From Candidatus Calditenuaceae archaeon (lineage in GTDB: Archaea; Thermoproteota; Nitrososphaeria_A; Caldarchaeales; Calditenuaceae): DNA of 32,000 nucleotides. A program made the translations under genes and the position numbers. Of the stretch, positions 17,806 through 25,966 are shown one piece after another (the stretch's first letter is position 1; every line of letters begins with the position of its first letter). Location: NCBI GenBank assembly GCA_025058225.1, contig JANXEE010000011.1, positions 1 to 32,000 on the forward strand, written 5' to 3'. Under the pieces are notes generated by a model. That model made no database searches. It worked only from the letters and a program-made list of their open reading frames with translations, and was not told the origin of the DNA.

Positions 17806-17846
17806 AATGGGTATTGGGATGAAACTATAAGAAAGGGTATGAAAAA

Positions 17847-19022
17847 TTGTCATTGGATAACGAAATGTTTCGGATCGAGATGGTCATGGCTGCGGCGCCA
17901 GGCGCGGGACAGTTGGACGATTCCTCACTGATGTTCATGCTCTTCTGGTTCCTGTTCATCATGCTCTCCTTCTTCTTCTATCCGATGCTGGGTCAGAGGA
18001 TGCAGCTCATCAACGTCCTCAGGGACATCGACAGGAAGCTCTACAGGCTCAAGGTCATGAGGGACGACGTCAGAACGAGGACCATTTCCGCGATCAAGCA
18101 GAACGGCAGCAACGAGTCCGAGGAGGAGATCGGGAAGAAGCTGGACGTGCTCCTCGATTACTTCTACATCTCCCCCGAGTCGATGGACCCCTACGGCATA
18201 GTCTACAAGTTGGAACACATACTCGAGATCGGTGAGAACCGGTTCGAGGACCAGGTGGCGTCCTTGGTGAAGACCGAGGACCGCGACAAGCTGAAGACCC
18301 TCACCAACTTGGTGGAGGTGGCAAGGGCCATGAACGTCATCTACAGGGTGGTAAGACACTACTACCTCCTGGGAAGGAAGACGGCCAACTACTTCATCGC
18401 CCTGCAGATCCAGATGCAGCTGCCGATGATAATGGAGCTCGCCGAGGCCTACAGGCAGGCGTCCTACGCCTTCTACAACGGCCAACCCATTGGTGACGGA
18501 GCGGGGGTTTTGGTGGCTGCTAAGTTCGCAAGGGAGATAAACGCGGTGACCGTCGACGACGGCATAAAGGACACGGTAATCATGCGCGGCGAGTTCGAGG
18601 GCAGGAGAATATACGTTGTCAGAGCCAGAGGACCCGGTGGAACCGTCGGCAGACCCGGAGAGGCGGTGAAGAAGGTCATCGAGACCGAGGGCAGAGTTGA
18701 CCTCGTGGTGACGATAGACGCCGCGCTGAAGTTGGAGGGCGAGGAGACCGGAAAGGTGGCCGAGGGAGTCGGAGTCGCTATCGGAGGGCCCGGAATAGAC
18801 AAGTTCAAGATCGAGACCGTGGCTAAGGACAGGGGTGTGCCGCTCTACGCCTACGTGATATTCCAGTCGATCGGAGAGGCGATAACGCCCATGAAGGAGT
18901 CTATAGCGAAGGCCAGCGATATAATACTGACCAAGGTGAAGGAGACCATCAGAAAGAACGTTCCCGAGAACGGAACGGTTATAGTCGCCGGGATCGGTAA
19001 CACCGTCGGAATCGGGATGTAG
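17847..19022 (+). CDS. conserved archaeal membrane-anchored protein of unknown function (DUF1512-like, from memory)
   Basis: N-terminal TM helix FMLFWFLFIMLSFFFYPMLGQRMQ followed by a roughly 330-aa soluble domain with protein-like composition. The start is uncertain (TTG 17847, ATG 17865 or ATG 17880). Confidence 0.6.
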   Translation: MSLDNEMFRIEMVMAAAPGAGQLDDSSLMFMLFWFLFIMLSFFFYPMLGQRMQLINVLRDIDRKLYRLKVMRDDVRTRTISAIKQNGSNESEEEIGKKLDVLLDYFYISPESMDPYGIVYKLEHILEIGENRFEDQVASLVKTEDRDKLKTLTNLVEVARAMNVIYRVVRHYYLLGRKTANYFIALQIQMQLPMIMELAEAYRQASYAFYNGQPIGDGAGVLVAAKFAREINAVTVDDGIKDTVIMRGEFEGRRIYVVRARGPGGTVGRPGEAVKKVIETEGRVDLVVTIDAALKLEGEETGKVAEGVGVAIGGPGIDKFKIETVAKDRGVPLYAYVIFQSIGEAITPMKESIAKASDIILTKVKETIRKNVPENGTVIVAGIGNTVGIGM

Positions 19023-19030
19023 AGTGCCTC

Positions 19031-20122
19031 TCAGCGTGCAGACCTGAGTCTCGGGGCCACGCGTTGAGTGTACCACTCCAAGAGGGGGCCATGGAGGACA
19101 TAGGGCGCGTTGCTGAGGTCTCCGATCGTCTTGGACCCGGTCAGCATCATGGCGACCTTAAGCTCCTCTTGGACCCTCCTTGCGAACTTGGTCACCGACT
19201 CCGGCCCCTCCAGCGCGGCTAGCAGAAAAGGTCTAGCAATACCCGCAGTTTCCGCACCCAGCGCGACGACCTTCGCCACCTCGAGTCCGTTCCTAATGCC
19301 TCCCGAGCCGACGACCTCGACCCCACTTACGCAGGACGACTCTAGCACCGATGCCGCAGTAGGTATCCCCCACTCCCTGTAAAGCTCAGCGACCTCGACC
19401 TTCTCGAGCCTGCCGGACTCCATCGCCCTTCTCCTCTCTATCTCGGTCCAGTTGGTGCCACCAGCTCCGGCCACGTCGACAGCAGCCACACCGACCTCAC
19501 GCAGCCGAACGACGTCCTCATAACTCAACCCACAACCGACTTCCTTCACGATCACCGGCACACCGACCTCTTTCACGGTGACCTGAAGGCTCTTGAGGAC
19601 GCCGGAAAAGGAAGCGTCACCGCCGGGTTGGACGAGCTCCTGGAGGACGTTCACGTGGACCGCGAGGGCATCGGCGTCGAGCATCTCCACCGCCTTCACC
19701 GCGAACGACGGCCCCTCTCTTACCAGTTGCGCTGCCCCCACGTTAGCTATCAGGAAGACGTCCGGAGCGACTTCCCTCACGACCGTGAAGCTCTTCCTGA
19801 CACTGGGGTCGACTATACCCGCTCTCTGGCTACCAACGCCCAGAGGAACGTCGATCGACTGGGCCGCGACAGCCAGCGCCCGGTTTATCCTCATGGCCTC
19901 CTCAGTTCCACCGGTCATACCCTCAATCAGGACGGGCATCGAGAAGGCCCTGCCGAGGAAATAGCATCTCGTTTCGATTTCGTCTAACGAAAGCTCCGGT
20001 ATCGCCCTGTGAACCAACTCCACGTGCTCGAGCCAGTTGGTCTTGTGGAACTCGATGTCTCCTCTCGAGGCTATACGAATGTGGTCGCTCTTCCTCTTGC
20101 TCAGCTCCTCAGACAAAATCAC
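19031..20122 (-). CDS. fni: type 2 isopentenyl-diphosphate delta-isomerase (FMN-dependent)
   Basis: RKSDHIRIA, MTGGT, LGVGSQR, GGTNW and SGGIRNGLEVAKVVALGA blocks typical of IDI-2 (TIM barrel). Confidence 0.9.
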   Translation of the reverse strand: MILSEELSKRKSDHIRIASRGDIEFHKTNWLEHVELVHRAIPELSLDEIETRCYFLGRAFSMPVLIEGMTGGTEEAMRINRALAVAAQSIDVPLGVGSQRAGIVDPSVRKSFTVVREVAPDVFLIANVGAAQLVREGPSFAVKAVEMLDADALAVHVNVLQELVQPGGDASFSGVLKSLQVTVKEVGVPVIVKEVGCGLSYEDVVRLREVGVAAVDVAGAGGTNWTEIERRRAMESGRLEKVEVAELYREWGIPTAASVLESSCVSGVEVVGSGGIRNGLEVAKVVALGAETAGIARPFLLAALEGPESVTKFARRVQEELKVAMMLTGSKTIGDLSNAPYVLHGPLLEWYTQRVAPRLRSAR

Positions 20123-20343
20123 TGCACCTGACCGGCCTCGCCTGCCCCTCCCTTCGCTGAGAGACGCGCGAGCCTCGTCAGATAGCCAGCGACCTTGTTC
20201 CTGAACTTCTTGGAGACACGGCCTTCTAGGACCTGACCCACCAGTGCCTTGTTCTCCTCGAATGAAGTTGAGATCCTAGCGCCGAACGTCTCGACGATCT
20301 CCTTCGCGGTCCTCTTCACCTTAGCGGTCCTGATCTTCCCCAT
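20119..20343 (-). CDS. rps17e: 30S ribosomal protein S17e (eS17)
   Basis: MGKIRTAKVKRTAKEIVE...SFEENK...RNKVAGYLTRL is a canonical eS17 N-terminus. 74 aa. Confidence 0.9.
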   Translation of the reverse strand: MGKIRTAKVKRTAKEIVETFGARISTSFEENKALVGQVLEGRVSKKFRNKVAGYLTRLARLSAKGGAGEAGQVQ

Positions 20344-20430
20344 GCCGCCGTCAAGAGGTCCCGGTCACATTTATTGGTATCAGAACCATAGCCCACCCGT
20401 TTCGAGGCATCGAGGCGTACAGGAGCAGGA

Positions 20431-20438
20431 TTTTATAG
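20431..20438 (+). promoter_or_regulatory. TATA-like box (TTTTATAG)
   Basis: About 29 nt upstream of ATG 20463. The minus-strand CCAATAAATG box (plus-strand 20369-20380) serves rps17e, so this is a divergent promoter region. Confidence 0.45.
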
Positions 20439-20462
20439 ATCGAGTGATTGATATCGGTGCGC

Positions 20463-21119
20463 ATGCACTCCTGCTGGTCCCACACCGGCCATACGGTACG
20501 GGCCAAGACGGGCAGCTTCAACCTGACGCTCGGCTCCTCGAAGGTCGTCGTCGACTCAATAAGGGCCGTAGAGGTCCCCGTCAGCGATGTGAGGGAGGCA
20601 TTGAGAAAGTACGGCGTCGGAAAGGTATCTGAGGTGAGGAAAGGTGGGGAGGTTAACTTCGTCCTCCAGTGGATAAGGAACAGGTCCTTAATCAGGTACA
20701 TCGTCAACTGGGGGAAGCTCTCTTCCATATTCCCAGTTCACCTGACGACGGCCTGCTGCTCCGTCGAATACGCAGGGTCCGTAGGATCGCGATACGATCC
20801 GGAGAGGTTCGGGATACTGAACGCGGTCGGCTCCCTCAGACAGTCCGATCTCGTTCTAGTCGAAGGAACAGTTACCACAAAGATGGCCCAACGCGTCAGG
20901 GTGATCTATGATCAGATGCCCGACCCGAAGTGGGTTATCGCAATGGGTGCGTGTTCTATTTCGGGAGGACTTTACGCTAAGGACTCCTATAACGTCCTTC
21001 AGGGCATAGACGACATAGTCCCCGTGGACGTATACGTACCGGGTTGTCCACCAAGGCCTGAGACGCTCATTCAGGGCTTTGTTTTGCTAAGAGACAAGAT
21101 CCTGAACGAAAGACTTTAG
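20463..21119 (+). CDS. nuoB: NADH-quinone oxidoreductase subunit B (NuoB/Nqo6-type [4Fe-4S] N2 subunit)
   Basis: Cluster ligands TTACCSVEY, GACSISGG and PGCPPRPE, plus MPDPKWVIAMG. The ORF is open from 20448. ATG 20463 fits the TATA spacing but gives a roughly 55-aa N-terminal extension. Internal GTG 20634 would give a canonical roughly 161-aa protein. Confidence 0.85.
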   Translation: MHSCWSHTGHTVRAKTGSFNLTLGSSKVVVDSIRAVEVPVSDVREALRKYGVGKVSEVRKGGEVNFVLQWIRNRSLIRYIVNWGKLSSIFPVHLTTACCSVEYAGSVGSRYDPERFGILNAVGSLRQSDLVLVEGTVTTKMAQRVRVIYDQMPDPKWVIAMGACSISGGLYAKDSYNVLQGIDDIVPVDVYVPGCPPRPETLIQGFVLLRDKILNERL

Positions 21120-21129
21120 GTGAAAGTGA

Positions 21130-21609
21130 TTGGCTAAAGTCGATAAGATAATAGAAGAGTTGAAAGCGCAACTTGGAGACAAGGTGAAATCGATTGTATC
21201 AGATCGGAAGATACATAAGGTTGAGGTTGATCCGTCGGCAATTGTGGAGGTCGCTGCGTTCATAAAGGAGCGGGGATTCGACCACGTTAAGGGTGTAACG
21301 GGTGTGGATCTGGTAGCTCTAACGAAGCCTGAGAACGCAATTGAGGTGATGTATCATGCAGGATCTTACACTGATGACGAACTGGTCGGATCTGTTCTGA
21401 CCATTTCAGTCAAGGTTCCGAGGGATAAACCTGAGACGCAGTCTCTGGTTGGGGTCTGGAAGAGCGCTGAATATCATGAGCGTGAGACCTTCGAGATGCT
21501 CGGCGTGGTGTTCAAGGGACATCCTGACCTCAGGAGGCTACTGCTGCCGGAATGGTGGTCTGACACACCCCCGCTGCGGAAAGACTACAGACCTCCAGGT
21601 CGAGAATGA
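21130..21609 (+). CDS. nuoC: NADH-quinone oxidoreductase subunit C (NuoC, 30-kDa subunit)
   Basis: WKSAEYHERETFEMLGVVFKGHPDLRRLLLPE matches the NuoC signature. TTG start 10 nt after nuoB. Confidence 0.8.
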   Translation: MAKVDKIIEELKAQLGDKVKSIVSDRKIHKVEVDPSAIVEVAAFIKERGFDHVKGVTGVDLVALTKPENAIEVMYHAGSYTDDELVGSVLTISVKVPRDKPETQSLVGVWKSAEYHERETFEMLGVVFKGHPDLRRLLLPEWWSDTPPLRKDYRPPGRE

Positions 21610-21612
21610 GAA

Positions 21613-22956
21613 CTAGGCCTTCTCAACCGTAGCCCATCTGGCACCTCTGCCGGGATGCCGGGTCTTCTCCCAGAAGACGTCTTTGAACAATTCCTGGTAC
21701 AGAGACCTCAGAGCAGCGACGGGCATCATGACGTTGGCGTAGAAAACGAAATGCGGCAGCCTCCTCAGGAAGCTCACCGGAATCCCCTCGAGCTCCTTAC
21801 CGAGATACCAAACCAGGTAATAGAGTACATTGAAGAAAAGCGGTAATATCGCGATCTGGGGGAATACGTCAGACAGCAGTTCGGAGCCGATAACGTCGAA
21901 GTACTCGAGCAGATAGATAGCCGTCATTGAGTACGCGACCCAGTTGAATATTACTATTAACGGGGCCACCAGCATCATGAGTATCGAGATCACGTTGATC
22001 AAGGACCTTGGGTGTCTGACCCCCATCCACGTTATGGAGGGGCCGTGTGTGAAGAGCGATTGGAGCCACCCCCTGAACCACCTAGTCCTCTGTTTGAGCC
22101 ATGCTCTGAAGTCGACAGGTGCCTCCTCCCAGTGCCTGGCGTCCAGCACGACCGTCTTAAAGCCATGGAGGTGAAGCCTAAGCGCGAGCTCTGCGTCCTC
22201 AGCAAGGTTCAGAGGGTCCCACTTGGCAACGGTCATGAGCGTCGTCCGCTCCAGGTAATTCCCGGTACCTCCGAGAGGTGCGTATAGTCCCAGCCTGCTG
22301 CGACCATTGAGCAGAACCCTGAACCAACCGGCGTACTCGCACGCGAACATCTCAGTTATCCAGGAGTCCTTGACGTTGCTTATCCTCAGGATGACCTGCA
22401 GCACCTTGTGGTTGTCGTTGACAACGGCCGCGTTGACAATTTCCAGCACGTCGTTGTCCAAGAGGTCCTCGACGTCCGCAATACCGATTACGTCCCCCGT
22501 CGCAAGGGCGAGGGCGTCGTTGAGGGCGCTGGGCTTCGTCGGGAACAGCATCCTGCGCGCCAGGGGCTTCACGTACCACGGGTATAACTGCTGAAGGTGG
22601 AACACGATCCGCTCTGTCCCCTCATCGTCAACTACCGCGATTACCTCCTTCAGGTGCTTCGGGTAGTGGACCTCGTGGATGATGTGATTCACCGTTCGCT
22701 CGATGATAGGCTCATTGCGTGCCGGGACTATGATCGAGAACTTCAGCTTTCTCAGCGCCGGCCAATTCGGGACATACGGCCGATGTCGACCAGCTAGAAA
22801 GTAAGCGGTATGAAATATTCCCCACACGGTGTAGATCACGGTGATGGCCCAAGCGATAACCACCAGCGTCGTCTTCGTCCATAGCACTAGGGAGACGGAG
22901 ACGAGTAACAGCAGCACCGCTAATTTCCCGATCCTCTTGACTCTCCTAGCTCTCAC
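21613..22956 (-). CDS. membrane-embedded processive family-2 glycosyltransferase (cellulose/chitin/NodC/PgaC-like beta-glycan synthase)
   Basis: 2 N-terminal and about 4 C-terminal TM helices flank a GT-A domain with VPARNE, VVDD, KPSALN, IADVED, AEDAELALRL and QRTRW. The QRTRW codons were verified at 22078-22092. Confidence 0.85.
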   Translation of the reverse strand: MRARRVKRIGKLAVLLLLVSVSLVLWTKTTLVVIAWAITVIYTVWGIFHTAYFLAGRHRPYVPNWPALRKLKFSIIVPARNEPIIERTVNHIIHEVHYPKHLKEVIAVVDDEGTERIVFHLQQLYPWYVKPLARRMLFPTKPSALNDALALATGDVIGIADVEDLLDNDVLEIVNAAVVNDNHKVLQVILRISNVKDSWITEMFACEYAGWFRVLLNGRSRLGLYAPLGGTGNYLERTTLMTVAKWDPLNLAEDAELALRLHLHGFKTVVLDARHWEEAPVDFRAWLKQRTRWFRGWLQSLFTHGPSITWMGVRHPRSLINVISILMMLVAPLIVIFNWVAYSMTAIYLLEYFDVIGSELLSDVFPQIAILPLFFNVLYYLVWYLGKELEGIPVSFLRRLPHFVFYANVMMPVAALRSLYQELFKDVFWEKTRHPGRGARWATVEKA

Positions 22957-23953
22957 GTGCCTCTCTCTCCACCTTAGGCAGGACTTCGAGGGCCGCGGCT
23001 GAGGGGTCTGTGCTCCTATGGGTCAGAACTTTCAACATTCGAGGGCTGAATATTCCCTCTAAGCTCTGAAGTTGACTCCCGGTCCTACTGGAGATCGATG
23101 CCCTGAGCGACCGCTCTATCGATTCCGGCATCAGGACCAGAAACCGTGCACCCAAGTCGAGAGCCATCTCCATGACGATCGTCAACTGCTCGAAAGCCGT
23201 GACCTCCTCATCGATCACCGTAACGGCGATCCTCTCTTTGGCTCCCTCTACCAAGAGCGGAATGAGGTACTCCTTCGAGCTCAGGACGCCCTTCCTGCTC
23301 ACGAACTGCTCCACCGATGCATTGGGAAGCCGCTTCTCCAGCTCCCGCGCTATGATCGCCAAAAGCTCGTATCTGCCGACCGGAGGCGAGGCAGTATACT
23401 TGAAGATCGGGACCCGGATCAGCGCTAGTTCGTCCAGCCTCATGACGTGCTCGTTTCTACACGTCATTTTGTAAACGGGGAACTGGAATTTGTTATTGCA
23501 GGCATTACACGAGTAACCTATGCCCGGCCTGCCGTAATCAATTCCAACCGTCTTCAAGGATCGAGAACACGCCGGACATACCAGCTCACCGTGCTCTGTC
23601 CTGAACCTAGATATATCGTCGGAATAATGACATTCGTAGTGAATGACCAAATCCACCTTGGCCAAATCGGTGCCGAGACAGTTGGGGCAACGGACGTCGA
23701 CGGCCAGGTCAAGGGTTCCGCATATGGGACAGGATGGGAAAGCCACGTGCCCTGTAACCTTTAGGATGCCAACGTCAGCGAGGAGGTACATTTTACTTTC
23801 GGGCAGTTTGAGCCCGCCCACATCGTAGTAAACTCCGATGCCCAAGGACCTCTGGGGGCGGAGCTCCTGGCCCTGCTGAAGGTTGACCTCGAGGACCTTG
23901 GCTAGCTCCGAGACCTCGAGATTGGTCCTGACTTGAGGTCGAGAACTGGTCAT
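22946..23953 (-). CDS. uncharacterised double zinc-ribbon protein, translationally coupled to the GT2 synthase
   Basis: CPICG-x10-CPNC (aa 75-92) and CPACS-x19-CNAC (aa 126-152), spanning nt about 23498-23731. No TM helix or signal peptide. The stop overlaps the downstream start by 11 nt. A TATA-like TAATATA box lies on the minus strand at about 23983-23990. Function unknown. Confidence 0.7.
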   Translation of the reverse strand: MTSSRPQVRTNLEVSELAKVLEVNLQQGQELRPQRSLGIGVYYDVGGLKLPESKMYLLADVGILKVTGHVAFPSCPICGTLDLAVDVRCPNCLGTDLAKVDLVIHYECHYSDDISRFRTEHGELVCPACSRSLKTVGIDYGRPGIGYSCNACNNKFQFPVYKMTCRNEHVMRLDELALIRVPIFKYTASPPVGRYELLAIIARELEKRLPNASVEQFVSRKGVLSSKEYLIPLLVEGAKERIAVTVIDEEVTAFEQLTIVMEMALDLGARFLVLMPESIERSLRASISSRTGSQLQSLEGIFSPRMLKVLTHRSTDPSAAALEVLPKVEREARES

Positions 23954-24038
23954 GATTCCTAAACGTCATGATAAGGTGCTGGCTATATTACCATCACCAC
24001 AACGCGTTACCGAGGACTGTTTTATTACGACACAAACT

Positions 24039-25013
24039 TCAAAGTTGCGATTCCGACAGAGACGACAGGACACCAACGTATAGGAACGGCAATATTAAGG
24101 TGACGTCTGCTTTAATGAAGACGGTCTTCGACCTGGGTCCCACCTTACCCCAGCTGATCGCCTCCTTGGGGCGGGCACCGCTGAGGCTACCGTCGTACTC
24201 GTCGGTGCTGTTGACGTAGACGGCGTAGTCGAACCCCTCGCCACCGAACTGGGCCCACCACAGAGCGTGATGTTTGGAGATTCCTCCCCCGAGGACCAGC
24301 GCACCTTTCACCCTATTGCTCCACATGAAATCGTTGAGTAAGTCCTGGTCCAGGCCGATGTCCACGGTAACCCTTTTGGTTCTTCCTCGAAGCCAGACGT
24401 TATAGCCAACGGCACCATCGAAGACACCCGGAACGACCACCGGTATTCTATTCCTCCACGCCCAGTAGAGAAAGGAGGACCCAGAGTTGAGTAGCTCGCC
24501 TAAGTCCCAGCAGAGCTTGCACGTAGAGAGCCTCTCCCCTTCCCCGTAACGCTTCAGGAGTTCTATGACCTCCCTCTCTATGACCTCGCCGTAATTCTTG
24601 ACCGGTATGAAGACGTTCCCCAGTCGATGGACACCCTCCTCTCGGAGGCGGACGTCGTCTACGTCGAAAGACCCCTGAACGTACTCGGACCTGGACCTGG
24701 CTATGTCGTGGTCCAGAGCTCCACAGGTCGTGATGACCAAGTCGAAGAGTTTCCTCCTCAACGCGTCGGCTACGATGCCCCTTACGCCGGTGGCGATCAG
24801 GTTGCCGGTGAAAGTCAAGACCCTTCCACAATCGCGCCTCTCGAACATCTCGGCCAAGACATCAAGGGCCCTAGCGAGGTTCGGACCCATGAAACCGCCC
24901 ATCTCCGACATCCCCCTGAGAACCTCTAGAACCGATGAGCCGCTGCTCAACTTGAGGTCCTTAACGACCGACATCAGAAGTCTGTTACGCTGGGGCCGTA
25001 TAGAGTTATTCAC
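24039..25013 (-). CDS. dys: deoxyhypusine synthase
   Basis: LTFTGNLIATG, LVITTCGALDHD, GGGISKHH and NSTDEYDGSLSGA blocks typical of DHS. The start is either GTG 25013 or ATG 24974 (MSVVKDL). Confidence 0.9.
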   Translation of the reverse strand: MNNSIRPQRNRLLMSVVKDLKLSSGSSVLEVLRGMSEMGGFMGPNLARALDVLAEMFERRDCGRVLTFTGNLIATGVRGIVADALRRKLFDLVITTCGALDHDIARSRSEYVQGSFDVDDVRLREEGVHRLGNVFIPVKNYGEVIEREVIELLKRYGEGERLSTCKLCWDLGELLNSGSSFLYWAWRNRIPVVVPGVFDGAVGYNVWLRGRTKRVTVDIGLDQDLLNDFMWSNRVKGALVLGGGISKHHALWWAQFGGEGFDYAVYVNSTDEYDGSLSGARPKEAISWGKVGPRSKTVFIKADVTLILPFLYVGVLSSLSESQL

Positions 25014-25285
25014 AGGTGGATGCCGTAAGCCCTGGAGATCCTCTCGAACTTCTTGAACTCGGTGAGGAACTCAGAGCCCTTCTCGGTGACCGAGTACAGA
25101 GGTCCGCCCGCGTCCCGTCGGGTTAGGAGGCCTTTCGCGCAGAGCTCGTCGACGTACCGCTGGAGCCTGTCGTAGGGGAGGTTGGCGTCTCTCATGATCG
25201 CGGTCACCCTAGCCTCCCCCTGCTCGAGGACCGATGAGATGATGTCAGCGTAGATTCTCACCTTGGACCTGTAAGACCTCCTCAA
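25010..25285 (-). CDS. small archaeal winged-helix DNA-binding protein
   Basis: 91 aa. RSKVRIYADIISSVLE...VTAIMRDANLPYDRLQRYVDELCAKGLL...YSVTEKGSEFL matches the small archaeal wHTH pattern (HTH_45-like, from memory). Confidence 0.7.
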   Translation of the reverse strand: MRRSYRSKVRIYADIISSVLEQGEARVTAIMRDANLPYDRLQRYVDELCAKGLLTRRDAGGPLYSVTEKGSEFLTEFKKFERISRAYGIHL

Positions 25286-25911
25286 CCCCTCCCAGCCTCC
25301 ACGGTCCCCAATGCCAACAGGATCAGCGCTGTGAGTTGGAGACCGTGACCGAGGAAGTACAGGAGGAGGCTCAGCGGTGTCAAGAAGAAGGCGACGTGAC
25401 TCAGGATCAGAGCCCAGAAGCCAGCTGCGATGAGCGAAGAACCAGCGCTCCTCCTAACGTACCAATTGACCGATGTAACAATTACAACATATAACAAAAG
25501 CGCAGCTGAAATTATCTCGAACGTAGAATTATATATAACGAGAAGTGGCGGTACAGCACCTAACCCTAACTCCACCCTTTCCCTGACTAACGGGATGAGG
25601 TAAGCAACGATGAATAGCACGTATGCCGAGACCCTGATGATGGAGTAAAAGAGCTCGATCGAATAGAGTTGAAGAAGGGGCTGGAGAGGCCGTGCGAACC
25701 CTCTTTCGACTGTGAGGGTCAGAATGATGTAAAGGGAGCGGGCCAACATCGCGCCCGCCATCAATCCAAAGCCTGCCCCGAGCCAGAGGAATACTCCAAC
25801 CTTAAGCTTGAGATGTGCCCTGATGAAACCTGCGCTTATCGCGGCGCAGATGAAGAAGCTTATGAGCTCGAGTATGGCGTCAAGCCTGATTAACGTCAGA
25901 GCCCCCAACAA
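25282..25911 (-). CDS. polytopic membrane protein, unknown function (about 6-7 TM helices)
   Basis: Hydrophobic profile throughout. The TTG start has a TATA-like box about 31 nt upstream on the minus strand. 4-nt overlap with the downstream wHTH gene. Confidence 0.6.
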   Translation of the reverse strand: MLGALTLIRLDAILELISFFICAAISAGFIRAHLKLKVGVFLWLGAGFGLMAGAMLARSLYIILTLTVERGFARPLQPLLQLYSIELFYSIIRVSAYVLFIVAYLIPLVRERVELGLGAVPPLLVIYNSTFEIISAALLLYVVIVTSVNWYVRRSAGSSLIAAGFWALILSHVAFFLTPLSLLLYFLGHGLQLTALILLALGTVEAGRG

Positions 25912-25966
25912 GTCAGAATCGAGTGATAAAATTCAAAATATAAAACAAATTTTTTCTTTAGGCGAT

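Noticed and set aside
17355-17846. SRP (7S) RNA as the identity of the structured gap
   Set aside because: I could not find the helix-8 signature (GNAR tetraloop flanked by the AGCA/GGA symmetric loop) on either strand. CCAGCUGGAAGUGGUGCAGG superficially resembles it, but the closing pairs do not form.
17925-19076. 383-aa ORF on the minus strand
   Set aside because: It is fully antisense to the 17847-19022 gene and has the H/R/G/L/D-rich composition typical of antisense frames in GC-rich DNA. The plus-strand product has a TM helix and protein-like composition.
20351-20728. 125-aa minus-strand ORF between rps17e and nuoB
   Set aside because: Its S/T/L/P-rich composition suggests an antisense frame, and it overlaps both the nuoB frame and the divergent promoter region.
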